Source: Acidimicrobiia bacterium
GTDB taxonomy: Bacteria > Actinomycetota > Acidimicrobiia > IMCC26256 > JACDBD01
Direction: 5' to 3'
DNA: 64,000 bases
Assembly: GCA_035938395.1 (NCBI GenBank)
Contig: DASZGY010000071.1
Coordinates: 9,526-73,525 of the forward strand
Shown one piece after another: positions 36,917 to 45,662 of this stretch. The notes below the pieces were generated by a model that saw only the letters and a list, made by a program, of their open reading frames with translations, did not search any database and was not told the DNA's origin. Positions within the stretch are counted from its first letter, which is position 1. Each line of letters opens with the position of its first letter. Position numbers and translations under genes: made by a program.

Positions 36917-37177
36917 GTGGTGCCGGTGAGCAACTTTGTGCTCCCTGGCTACTTCAATCCCTGGGCGGCCGGTCCCTACGACCACCTGCGGGTGCTCGAC
37001 GAGGCGTTCTCGATCGACACCGGCGGGTACGCCGTGTTCCAGCGCACCTCCGCCGAGCAGGAGCGCTTCGGGCGGGGCTTCGGCGTCACCTTCGACGACG
37101 CGATGCCCGAATGGCAGCGCACCCTGAAGCTGCGGGGCTGGGGCCGCACCTACTGGCGGCTCGCCCTCAACCCGTGA
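36917..37177 (+). CDS. small hypothetical protein (about 84 aa)
   Basis: C-terminal segment of junk ORF 35645..37177, with a sudden change to ordinary composition: VSNFVLPGYFNPWAAGPYDHLRVLDEAFSIDTGGYAVFQRTSAEQERFGRGFGVTFDDAMPEWQRTLKLRGWGRTYWRLALNP. GTG candidates at 36917, 36920 and 36926. No clear SD. Confidence 0.35.
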   Translation: MVPVSNFVLPGYFNPWAAGPYDHLRVLDEAFSIDTGGYAVFQRTSAEQERFGRGFGVTFDDAMPEWQRTLKLRGWGRTYWRLALNP

Positions 37178-37529
37178 GCGCGACCGGAACCGGTTCCTCG
37201 GCTGACTCTCGCTCGACGGAAAGCACGCGGTCGAGCCCGAGACGCTCGATCTCCGACCGGACTCGGCGCGAGGGATGCACGACGCTGAGACGGTGACCGG
37301 AGCGCACGAAGGCGCGACGGATCGTCTCGAGCATCCTGATGCCGGTCCCGTCGGCGAACGAGAGACCGCCGAGGTCGAGGACAACGTCGCCGGCGACGTC
37401 ACGGGCGTGCAGGCACGCGGCGGCGAGCTGCACGGCGCTGATCTCTTCGAGCTCGCCGTCGACGACCACCGCCGTGTCGCCGTGGTCTCGCTGTAGCTCG
37501 CATCGGAAGCTGGGAGCGGGAATGGTCAT
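37167..37529 (-). CDS. STAS-domain protein (anti-sigma-factor antagonist-like)
   Basis: Start at ATG 37529 (MTIPAPSF). VVLDLGGLSFADGTGIRMLETI is a typical STAS/SpoIIAA core. The rest of ORF 37167..39164 is a shadow ORF. Confidence 0.75.
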   Translation of the reverse strand: MTIPAPSFRCELQRDHGDTAVVVDGELEEISAVQLAAACLHARDVAGDVVLDLGGLSFADGTGIRMLETIRRAFVRSGHRLSVVHPSRRVRSEIERLGLDRVLSVERESAEEPVPVALTG

Positions 37530-37712
37530 GGGGCGCACCTCACGGTTGCCTCCATCGACAGTAGAACGGCGAGTTGCATCGCGGTCAGCAACGGGGTGAA
37601 CGAGAGGTGAACGTTTCCCTGCGCCGCGGTGGCGCGCCTCGTTCACCGTTGCGCTACGAGACCTTGACGTCGTGTTCGTCGCCCGGCCAAGACGTTTACT
37701 CCTCGAATCGTC

Positions 37713-38846
37713 ATGCTGCGCGTCGTGAAGATCGGAATCGTCACCGAAAGCTTCCTGCCTCAGATCAACGGCGTGACGAACTCGGTGCTTCGCATCCTGG
37801 AGCACTTCCGGGATCGCGGTCATGACGCCTTTGTCGTTGCGCCGGGCGACGGGCCCGCCGAGTACGCGGGCGCCACCGTCGTTCGCGTCCCCGCGGTGCC
37901 GCTCCCGGTGTACCGCTCGTTCCCGATCGCGTTGCCCACGCGACAGGTCGAGCACGCGCTGCGCGAGTACCGACCGGACATCGTGCACCTCGCATCGCCG
38001 ACGGTGTTGGGCGGCATGGGCGCCGTCGCCGCCGAGCGTCTCGACGTGCCCGCGGTCGCCGTCTTCCAGAGCGACCTTCCCGCGTTCGTCCGTCGCTACC
38101 GCCTCGGCGTCACGGCCCCGGCCGCGTGGGGTTGGCTGCGGTGGATCCACCGCCACGCCGCGCTGACGCTCGCGCCGTCGTCGGTCGTTGCGTGGGAGCT
38201 CGAGCAGCGAGGGTTCGCGCCCGTCGCGCGGTGGACGCGCGGCGTCGACCTCGATCGCTTCAATCCCATGCACCGGAGCGAGCTGTTGCGTCGCCACATC
38301 GCGCCCCGGGGCGAAGTCGTCGTCGGCTACGTCGGTCGCCTCGCCGCCGAGAAGCAGGTCGACCGCCTCGTGCGTCTGGCCGACCTGCCCGGCACGCGCC
38401 TCGTGATCGTGGGCGACGGACCATTGCGCGCACGCCTGGAGCGCCGGCTGACCCGGGCGCGGTTTCTCGGCTTCCGAACCGGCGGCGACCTGTCGGCGAC
38501 GATCGCGTCGCTCGACGTGTTCGTGCATCCCGGTGAGGCCGAGACGTTCTGCCAGGCGGTGCAAGAGGCGCTCGCGTCGGGCGTTCCGGTCGTCGCCCCC
38601 GCCGCCGGCGGACCGATCGACCTCGTGCGCCACGGCGTGAACGGCTGGCTGTTCCCCTCCGGGCGGCCCGACCTGCTGCGGGGCGCGGTGGCGGAGTTGG
38701 CCACCGACCCTGCAGCGCGCGAGGCAATGGGTCGCGCCGCCCGGGCAAGTGTCGAAGGACGAACGTGGCCCCAGCTCGGAGACGAGCTCTTGTCGCACTA
38801 CGAGCGTCTCCTCGGCATCGAGACGCGCCGGGTGCGTGCCGCATGA
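37713..38846 (+). CDS. glycosyltransferase family 4 (GT-B)
   Basis: KIGIVTESFLPQINGVTNSV N-terminus and C-terminal E-x7-E-like region (FVHPGEAETFCQAVQEALASGVPVV). Confidence 0.85.
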   Translation: MLRVVKIGIVTESFLPQINGVTNSVLRILEHFRDRGHDAFVVAPGDGPAEYAGATVVRVPAVPLPVYRSFPIALPTRQVEHALREYRPDIVHLASPTVLGGMGAVAAERLDVPAVAVFQSDLPAFVRRYRLGVTAPAAWGWLRWIHRHAALTLAPSSVVAWELEQRGFAPVARWTRGVDLDRFNPMHRSELLRRHIAPRGEVVVGYVGRLAAEKQVDRLVRLADLPGTRLVIVGDGPLRARLERRLTRARFLGFRTGGDLSATIASLDVFVHPGEAETFCQAVQEALASGVPVVAPAAGGPIDLVRHGVNGWLFPSGRPDLLRGAVAELATDPAAREAMGRAARASVEGRTWPQLGDELLSHYERLLGIETRRVRAA

Positions 38847-39601
38847 GGCCGTCGCTGGTCGTCTCGATCCACGACGTCGCTCCGTCGACCGCGTGGGCAG
38901 CGCGCGCGTGGGTCGACGAGCTCGAACGTCGCCACGTCCCGGCCACGCTGCTCGTGGTTCCCGGGCCGTGGGAAGGCCCGCCGCTGCGCCTCGACCGCGA
39001 CCTCGTCGCGTGGCTCCACGAACGCCACGAGCGCGGCGACGAGATCGCGCAGCACGGGTGGACCCACCGAGCGGTGGCCGGGGCGCCGGCGTGGCGGCGC
39101 GCGGTCGCGTCGGTAGCGGCTCGGGGGTGCGCCGAGTTCTGGTCGCTCGATACCCGCGAAGCAAAGCGGCGCGTCGAGCTGGGCCGGGACGTCCTCCACC
39201 GGGCCGGCTTCGCCCCGATCGGCTTCACGCCGCCGGGCTGGCTCGCCTCCGCTCCCACCCGTGAGGTCCTCGCCGAGCTCGGCTACCGCTACACGACGAC
39301 CCGCAGCACCGTGCAGGATCTCGCGACCGGCGAGGCCCACCGCGTTCCGGCGCTCTCGCAGCGCCCCGGCGGCGCGGCCGAGGAGCTCGGCCGCCGCGTC
39401 GTCGACAGTTGGGCGCGCCGCCGCGCCCAACGTGGCGCTTGCACGCGCGTGGCCTTGCATCCGTTGGACCTCGACAACCCGGCACTCGTGCAGTCGAACC
39501 TCGCCGCCGTCGAGCAGCTCCTCGAGTCCGGCGCAAAAGCCCGCACATACGGAGACTTCATCACCGCCCGCCGTCCGGCCGCCGCAAACGGGGCGGCATA
39601 G
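38843..39601 (+). CDS. DUF2334 / polysaccharide-deacetylase-like protein
   Basis: ATGA overlap with the upstream GT. VVSIHDVAPST...ATLLVVPGPW...GDEIAQHGWTH matches DUF2334 as I recall it. Confidence 0.7.
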   Translation: MRPSLVVSIHDVAPSTAWAARAWVDELERRHVPATLLVVPGPWEGPPLRLDRDLVAWLHERHERGDEIAQHGWTHRAVAGAPAWRRAVASVAARGCAEFWSLDTREAKRRVELGRDVLHRAGFAPIGFTPPGWLASAPTREVLAELGYRYTTTRSTVQDLATGEAHRVPALSQRPGGAAEELGRRVVDSWARRRAQRGACTRVALHPLDLDNPALVQSNLAAVEQLLESGAKARTYGDFITARRPAAANGAA

Positions 39602-39604
39602 GTC

Positions 39605-40729
39605 ATGGGGACCCGCATCCTGCAGGTCGCCAACTTCTACTCTCGTCATTCGGGCGGGCTCCGGACCACCGTCGACGCCCTCGGCCGCGCCTACGTCGAC
39701 GCCGGCCTCGAACGCGTCCTCGTCGTCCCCGGCGCCGCGGATGCCGACGAGGACACCCCCGCCGGTCGTCGCATCACGCTGCGGGGGCCGAAGCTCCCGG
39801 GGAGCGGGGGTTATCGGGCGCTCGCCGGGACCGGCGCCGTGCGCGCCGTGCTCGCCGAGCTCCCGCCCGACCACCTCGAGGTTTCCGACAAGCTCACGCT
39901 CGTAGGCCTCGGACAGTGGGCCGCCCGCAACGGCGTGCGCGCGGTGCTCGTCTCCCACGAGCGGCTCGACGCAATCCTCTCGCCGAGGGTCCCGCCCGGC
40001 TTCCCGCTGGGCGTGTGCGCCGACTGGTGGAACCGCCGCATCGCGCGCGGTTTCGACGCGGTCGTGACCCCATCGCGGTTCGCAGCCTCCGAGTTCACAC
40101 GCATCGGAGCAACCGGCGTCGCCGTAGTTCCCCTCGGCGTCGACCTCGACGTCTTCCATCCCCTCGCTCGCGAGCGTCCGGGCGACGTGGACGGCGACGA
40201 CAACGGGGCCCGGCTCGTGTGCGTCGGCCGGTTCTCGATGGAGAAGCGGCCCGACGTAGCCGTCGAGACGCTCCGCATCGTGCGGGCGCGCGGCGTGGCC
40301 GCACGTCTGTGGATGGTCGGGGACGGGCCTCGCCGGAGCGCGCTCGAAGATCAGGCGCGCGGCGAGCCCGTCGTGTTCACCGGACATCTCCACGACCGCA
40401 GCGAGCTTGCCCGGCTCCTCGCCCGCGCCGACGCCGCCCTCGCGCCGTGCCCGTACGAAACGTTCGGGTTGGCCGCGCTGGAGGCGCTCGCGTGCGGCAC
40501 TCCCGTGGTGGCGGCGGATCGCGGGGCGGTCCCCGAGCTCGTGCAGGCGGGACAGGGCGCGGCCACTGGGAAAGTGGCCGCGCCCGACCCCGTTTCGCTG
40601 GCAGCCGCCGTCGCACACGTGGTGCAGCGCCCGCGCGATCAGGCGCGGCGCGCCGCACGCGCACGAGCCGAGCAGTACCCGTGGGCGCGCACCGCACGCG
40701 AGATGCTGCGGGTGCACCGAGCGGCATGA
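39605..40729 (+). CDS. glycosyltransferase family 4 (GT-B)
   Basis: ILQVANFYSRHSGGLRTTV N-terminus and PCPYETFGLAALEALACGTPVV C-terminal motif. Confidence 0.85.
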   Translation: MGTRILQVANFYSRHSGGLRTTVDALGRAYVDAGLERVLVVPGAADADEDTPAGRRITLRGPKLPGSGGYRALAGTGAVRAVLAELPPDHLEVSDKLTLVGLGQWAARNGVRAVLVSHERLDAILSPRVPPGFPLGVCADWWNRRIARGFDAVVTPSRFAASEFTRIGATGVAVVPLGVDLDVFHPLARERPGDVDGDDNGARLVCVGRFSMEKRPDVAVETLRIVRARGVAARLWMVGDGPRRSALEDQARGEPVVFTGHLHDRSELARLLARADAALAPCPYETFGLAALEALACGTPVVAADRGAVPELVQAGQGAATGKVAAPDPVSLAAAVAHVVQRPRDQARRAARARAEQYPWARTAREMLRVHRAA

Positions 40730-41397
40730 GCCTGTACACACGGCCGCTGCGGTCCACGGACGAGCCCGACCTCCGGCGCGTCTTCCGCGCCACCATCGCC
40801 CTCGGGCACCCGGTCTCGCGCCGCGCCGACTTCGACGCCGCCCTTCGTCCGTACGAGCGCCTGTGCCTCGAGTGGTACCTGACCGCCGGCCGCGAGCAGG
40901 CCTGCGTGCTGCGAGACGGCGACCGCGTCGTCGGATATGCGCTCGTCTGCCTCGACCCCGAGGCCTTTGCCCGCTGGCAGCGGGGTGCGGGAGCCCGCTT
41001 TACGGGCCACGTCGTGCCGCGCCTGCTGGCTCGCCGGTACCCGGCCGCGATCCGGCGCTTCTACCGGCTGCGACTCCGGGACGGATGGGATCTCTGGCGC
41101 CACTCCGAGGACCGCGTCGCCGGTCTCCCGCACGCCCACATGAACGCCACCACGATGGGCGGTCTCCCCGGCCGGCTGCTCGCCGACCACGTCGACGCCG
41201 TGGTGGCGGCGGCGGGGTTCGAGTCGTGGTACGGCGAGATGAACGCCCGGGCGGGGCGGCGGGTCGCCGCGCTCGGCCGCTGGGGCGCCGAGATCGTGTC
41301 GCGACGGCCCAACGGCACACTCACCTGGTTGACGGGATCGCCCGTCGAGCGACTGACGGTCCTGCGCCGCGTGTCCGACCGCCGCGTCGCGGCTTGA
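40726..41397 (+). CDS. GNAT-like acetyltransferase (weak)
   Basis: ATGA overlap with the upstream GT. VVGYALVCLD and LPHAHMNATTMGGLPGRLLADHV resemble the HLHI...G.G..L GNAT core. Confidence 0.55.
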   Translation: MSLYTRPLRSTDEPDLRRVFRATIALGHPVSRRADFDAALRPYERLCLEWYLTAGREQACVLRDGDRVVGYALVCLDPEAFARWQRGAGARFTGHVVPRLLARRYPAAIRRFYRLRLRDGWDLWRHSEDRVAGLPHAHMNATTMGGLPGRLLADHVDAVVAAAGFESWYGEMNARAGRRVAALGRWGAEIVSRRPNGTLTWLTGSPVERLTVLRRVSDRRVAA

Positions 41398-41429
41398 TCA
41401 GGGCGTTCCCCACACCCGCCGCGCGGGGT

Positions 41430-41451
41430 TTTCCACAGGAAACTGTGGAAA
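41430..41451. terminator. 9-bp stem / GAAA-loop hairpin between convergent genes
   Basis: TTTCCACAG-gaaa-CTGTGGAAA, read directly. No flanking U-tract. Confidence 0.4.
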
Positions 41452-41523
41452 GTGAGGATGCCGCCCTTTCGGCTCGATGACCGGCCCGATGGGAGCCCGT
41501 CCGCTCCACCGAGCCGTCGTTTT

Positions 41524-42942
41524 TCAGCTCCCGACCGCCGACCGGCTCGCCTCCGCCTTCGCCTCCTTGGCGTCGGCGCCGAGCAGGAAGCCGTCGCGCT
41601 GCATCGTGTCGGTCGCCTTCGAGAAGGCGGCTACGTAGCTCCGGTGGGTGGGGTAGAGCGACGACAGCCGGGCGGCGTCGAAGGCGGTCGTGGTGCCGAA
41701 CAACGAGCAGAATCCGGGCCCGCCGCCGGGCTCGCCCGACAGCGTCGCGACGGGCGCCTCGAGCTGCGGGAGGCGGATGCCGCCGCGGGCGTTGCCGAGC
41801 TCGTCCCGCTCGATCGTCGGCGTGTCCCCTTGCGTGATCGCGACGAGCGGCGCCTTCGGCGGTGCGGGGCCGCCGGCGGCCCAGCGGGCGATGTCATGGA
41901 TGGCGGTGTCGACGACGTAGCGCTGGGGCGCCGAGTTGATCCGCTGCGCGCATCCGAGCGGCGGGGTCGTCACCATCTCCTCCTTCGGGATGCCCGTCAG
42001 CGCGTGCAGGCCGTCCTCGTCGAAGTGCGCGGTGCCCGCCACCTCCCACAGGCGGTAGCGCGCGCTGTCGGGCTGCCGCGCCGCGAGATGGCGCGGGACA
42101 TCCGTCTCCGACTCGAGCACGAGCACCGGCTTCTTCGTGTCGGTGCGGATCAACGTCGGGTTCGGGATGGCGTTCTGCCCGCCATCCGCGAGTGGCGCTC
42201 CCACCGCGAACCGGCTGTGCACGAAGAAGCCGTCGAACAGGCCGGTCTGGGGCTGGATGGCGTCGACGTACGTGACCATGCGGAACGCCGACTGCGATTC
42301 GCCGTCGCCGATCATCGTCCGGATCTTGTAGCGACGGTTCCCCAGCAGGTTCGTGCGGGTCGGGCGGCGAAGCGCCTCGGCGACCTGGGAGTAGATGTCG
42401 TACGAGTAGGCGTCACCGGGGTGGTCGAGCGTCCCGTACCGTGCCGGATCGTTCTTCAGGCTGTTCACGCCGACGGACTGCGCCGACACACCGACCCACG
42501 CCGAGCCGCTGCGGAGAAGCTCGGCGTTCCCGAGACCCCAGTCGGGCGCAGCGTCCAACCCGCCGCTGACGTTGAGCCATTCGACCTCGACGGTGCCGTT
42601 GAACTTCGCCGGGTCCTTGGGACGCCGCACGAGGACGCGGGTGCGGTACGGCGCAGTCGCGGTGGTTTGCACGTTCCAGCGGCCGTCCCCGGTGAGCGCG
42701 CCGACGGGCTCGTACGCGCGCGCCGTGCCCTCGACGAAGAACTCCTCCTCGACGTAGCCCCGCGGCCCGAGATCCACTGCCGAGAGCGCCGCCGGCTGAC
42801 CGGCGATCGGACCGGTCACGGTCGGCGCGGGGACGGGCTGTGGCTGGGTGGCCGCCCCGCCCCCCGACGCCGACGCGTCGACGACGCTGCCGGCGCAGAT
42901 CGCGGCGATGACGGCCACGCCGGCGAAGGCTCGGGGAGGCAC
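41524..42942 (-). CDS. secreted alpha/beta-hydrolase-domain protein
   Basis: GTG 42942 with AAGGA upstream. Signal peptide VPPRAFAGVAVIAAICAGSVV. Nucleophile-elbow-like GDGESQSAF. Confidence 0.65.
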   Translation of the reverse strand: MPPRAFAGVAVIAAICAGSVVDASASGGGAATQPQPVPAPTVTGPIAGQPAALSAVDLGPRGYVEEEFFVEGTARAYEPVGALTGDGRWNVQTTATAPYRTRVLVRRPKDPAKFNGTVEVEWLNVSGGLDAAPDWGLGNAELLRSGSAWVGVSAQSVGVNSLKNDPARYGTLDHPGDAYSYDIYSQVAEALRRPTRTNLLGNRRYKIRTMIGDGESQSAFRMVTYVDAIQPQTGLFDGFFVHSRFAVGAPLADGGQNAIPNPTLIRTDTKKPVLVLESETDVPRHLAARQPDSARYRLWEVAGTAHFDEDGLHALTGIPKEEMVTTPPLGCAQRINSAPQRYVVDTAIHDIARWAAGGPAPPKAPLVAITQGDTPTIERDELGNARGGIRLPQLEAPVATLSGEPGGGPGFCSLFGTTTAFDAARLSSLYPTHRSYVAAFSKATDTMQRDGFLLGADAKEAKAEASRSAVGS

Positions 42943-43081
42943 GGCGCAATCCTTATCACCGCAGGTGTGTCGGCGTCGGGCGTGGGGCCGACGTATCGCT
43001 TGGCGTCGAGCCGGGGTAGGACGTACCGGAACCCGGAGACGCGAGAACAGGAAAGCGGACAAGAGAAAGGTGATTGCCGCG

Positions 43082-43291
43082 ATGGACGATCGAGAGCACA
43101 CCCGCCCCAGCCCGGAGACGCGGGAGGAGGAACGTCGCGAGGCGAAAGACGCCGCCGACGCCGGGCGCGAGCCGACTCCCGAAGAGGAGGAGGCCGCCGA
43201 CCGCAACGAGCCCGACGAAGAGGTCGCCGAGCACTACAAGGAGATGACCGAGCGCGGCGCCAAGCAGCGCGGGGAGGGTCGCGTCCCCTGA
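43082..43291 (+). CDS. small acidic hypothetical protein (69 aa)
   Basis: ATG 43082. MDDREHTRPSPETREEERREAKDAADAGREPTPEEEEAADRNEPDEEVAEHYKEMTERGAKQRGEGRVP. No family recognised. Confidence 0.4.
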   Translation: MDDREHTRPSPETREEERREAKDAADAGREPTPEEEEAADRNEPDEEVAEHYKEMTERGAKQRGEGRVP

Positions 43292-43381
43292 GAGACGTGT
43301 AGGCCGCCGGCGCGCATGTTCACAGCGGGGTCTCAGTCTTTCGAAAGGGCGCTCCCAAGCTGATCCGCGACAATCGCAGCC

Positions 43382-44008
43382 ATGACCAATGGTGCAGAAG
43401 AAGAAGCCGCCGAGCCGACACAACCGGCCGAAGCGACAGAACCGCCTCCGCCGCCGCCTGAAGAGGGCACAGCCCCGTCGGGCACGCCGCCGACCCGCGG
43501 TGGGTGGTTGGTACCCAAGTGGGTCGTCGCCGCGCTGGTCGCGGTCGTCGCGGTCGGCATCATCTTCGGGAGCGCGTTCGCGATCGGGCGCGCCACGGCC
43601 TCGGGTTCTGGTGACGATCACGGGCGCATCGAGCGCGGCTTCGGGGGGAGGCCCGGCGGGGGCAACGGTTCGCAAAACGGGCCGCAACTTCCTCAGCCGA
43701 CGAGCGGCGTCTTCCTCGGCGTGGCGACGCAGCCGGCGACCGCCGGCCAGCAGGGCGCCCAGGTCGCGAACGTGGCGAGCGGAAGCCCTGCCGCCGGCGC
43801 CGGGCTTCAACAGGGTGACGTCATCACCGCCGTCGACGGCACTGCCGTTTCGAGTCCTGCCGACCTGGCGCGGCTGGTGCGCAGCCACCAACCCGGCGAC
43901 CAGGTGACGATCACCTACAGCCGCGGCGGCAACTCCACGGACGCGCCGGTGCAGCTCGGAGACCGCTCGGCCCAGAACGCGCCCGCGCAGAACGCACCGC
44001 CCAGCTGA
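43382..44008 (+). CDS. membrane-anchored PDZ-domain protein
   Basis: Acidic/Pro-rich N-terminus, one TM (WVVAALVAVVAVGIIFGSAFAI), and a PDZ-like C-terminus (SGSPAAGAGLQQGDVITAVDGTAV...GDQVTITYSRGG). Confidence 0.7.
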   Translation: MTNGAEEEAAEPTQPAEATEPPPPPPEEGTAPSGTPPTRGGWLVPKWVVAALVAVVAVGIIFGSAFAIGRATASGSGDDHGRIERGFGGRPGGGNGSQNGPQLPQPTSGVFLGVATQPATAGQQGAQVANVASGSPAAGAGLQQGDVITAVDGTAVSSPADLARLVRSHQPGDQVTITYSRGGNSTDAPVQLGDRSAQNAPAQNAPPS

Positions 44009-44043
44009 GCCTCGCGCCCGATCGGCCGCGTACGCTGACGCGC

Positions 44044-44517
44044 ATGCTGCTCGACGGGTTCAACCACGTGGCGATCCTCACCAAGGACACGAAGCGCCTG
44101 CACGCGTTCTACGAGGAGGTGTTCGACGCGTCCGTACCCCGCGACGGGCCCGAGACACCCGAGGGCGCCGACGTGCGCCTGTCCGTCGTCCACGTCGGCC
44201 CCCACTCGGAGCTCAACGTGTTCGAGATCGACGGGAACAGTGAAGCGGAGCGCCAGACCCCGATGTTCGGGAGGGGCCGCATCGACCACCTGGCGCTCCA
44301 CGCCGGATCGCTCGAGGCGTTCGAGACGATCCGTGACCGGCTGATGGCCCGCGGCGCGACCGACGGGTTCGTGACCGATTTCGGGCCGATCCTGAGCGTC
44401 TTCTTCCGGGATCCGGACGGGCTCGAGTGCGAGGTGTGCGTGCAGAACCCCGACGCGCGGCCGGGCGTCAGCAACCCGCCGGGCACGCCGGCGGCGCGCT
44501 ACCACGGCTCGTCCTAG
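44044..44517 (+). CDS. VOC/glyoxalase-family protein
   Basis: FNHVAILTKDTKRLHAFYEEVF and IDHLALH...FFRDPDGLECEV fit the paired beta-alpha-beta-beta-beta VOC pattern. Confidence 0.8.
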   Translation: MLLDGFNHVAILTKDTKRLHAFYEEVFDASVPRDGPETPEGADVRLSVVHVGPHSELNVFEIDGNSEAERQTPMFGRGRIDHLALHAGSLEAFETIRDRLMARGATDGFVTDFGPILSVFFRDPDGLECEVCVQNPDARPGVSNPPGTPAARYHGSS

Positions 44518-45641
44518 GCGTCGCCGAGGCGCGTCGCTTCGAGGCGCACGCGGAAGTCGGGATCCTCGGCGACGCTGGCGATCGCAGCGCGACTGGGCTC
44601 GGGGCCGATCGCGCCGATCCCGGACAACGCCTTCCAGCGAATCCAGGCGTCGGTGTCTGCGAGCGCGCGCTCGAGGAGCGGGCGGAGGTCCTCCCGCTCG
44701 GCACCGGCGATGGCGTCGACTGCGCTGCGCCGCACGGCGCGGCTCGAGTCGCCCAGCAACTCGGCCCAGGCGCGGGCGGCCGCGTCGGGTGGAGCGTCGG
44801 CCAACAGGGCGGCCGCGACCTGACGGCGCGCCGGTTCCGGGTCGTCGCAGGCGGCCAGGATGCGCTCGAGGTCGTCGGGCCGGCCGGCGCGCAGCGCGCC
44901 GAGGTCGGCCCACGCCCGGTCGAGCCGGCGCGGCGCGCGCGTCTCGTCCTCGGGTACGGCGACGCGCCCCGGTGCCGGCGTGTCCGGCGTCGACTCGGCC
45001 GCAGTGCCTGCAGCGGCGACGAACTCCCGTGTGACGGAGCGCAGGATCGGTTCGAGCAACTCCTCCCAACGATCGGGCCGCGCGATCGTCACGGCTACGA
45101 AGTCGGGCCCGACCAGGACGTTCGTCACCGCATCGAATTCGCCGAAGATTCCGGCCGCGTGCGGGTCGGCGGCCGCGGCCTGGGCGGAGTCGTAGTTCCG
45201 CGCAACTCCGTCGTGCAGCGGCGGCGTGGCGAAGCGGATGGTGCGGGGGCTCGGAGTCGCCTCCGGCACGACGGCGCCGTCGAACGTCTCGCCCAGGTCC
45301 GCCGCGGGGCCTCGGGGCCCGGCGCGTGCGTCCGGCGCGTCACTCTCCACCCGCAGCCGGAACCGGCCTCCCTCCCACGTCCATGCGAGGGTCAGACCGG
45401 GCTCGAGCTCGTGCCGTCCGCCACCGCTCCCGGTGCCGACGATCCCGGCGAGGGCGCGGTCGTCGTCGTCCGTCCACGCCGCGTCGGAGAAGAACTGCTT
45501 CAGCAACTGCTTCACAGGGCCGAGCGCGTCGAGCGGCAGCGCGCTGACCACCGGCGTCAGCTCGCGGATGGCGTCGGCAGTCAGGCCGCGTTCCACGACC
45601 CGTGATCGCGCGGCATCGAGATCCGGACCGATCTCTGTCAC
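44514..45641 (-). CDS. Nfu_N-like domain + HEAT-repeat protein
   Basis: Middle region PRTIRFATPPL...VLVGPDFVAVTIARPDRWEELLEPIL resembles the Nfu/NifU N-terminal domain. The C-terminus has four HEAT/PBS-lyase-like repeats (DSSRAVRRSAVDAI, DTDAWIRWKALSGIG, DPDFRVRLEA). Confidence 0.6.
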   Translation of the reverse strand: MTEIGPDLDAARSRVVERGLTADAIRELTPVVSALPLDALGPVKQLLKQFFSDAAWTDDDDRALAGIVGTGSGGGRHELEPGLTLAWTWEGGRFRLRVESDAPDARAGPRGPAADLGETFDGAVVPEATPSPRTIRFATPPLHDGVARNYDSAQAAAADPHAAGIFGEFDAVTNVLVGPDFVAVTIARPDRWEELLEPILRSVTREFVAAAGTAAESTPDTPAPGRVAVPEDETRAPRRLDRAWADLGALRAGRPDDLERILAACDDPEPARRQVAAALLADAPPDAAARAWAELLGDSSRAVRRSAVDAIAGAEREDLRPLLERALADTDAWIRWKALSGIGAIGPEPSRAAIASVAEDPDFRVRLEATRLGDA

Positions 45642-45662
45642 ACGGACGACGGTAGCGAGCGC

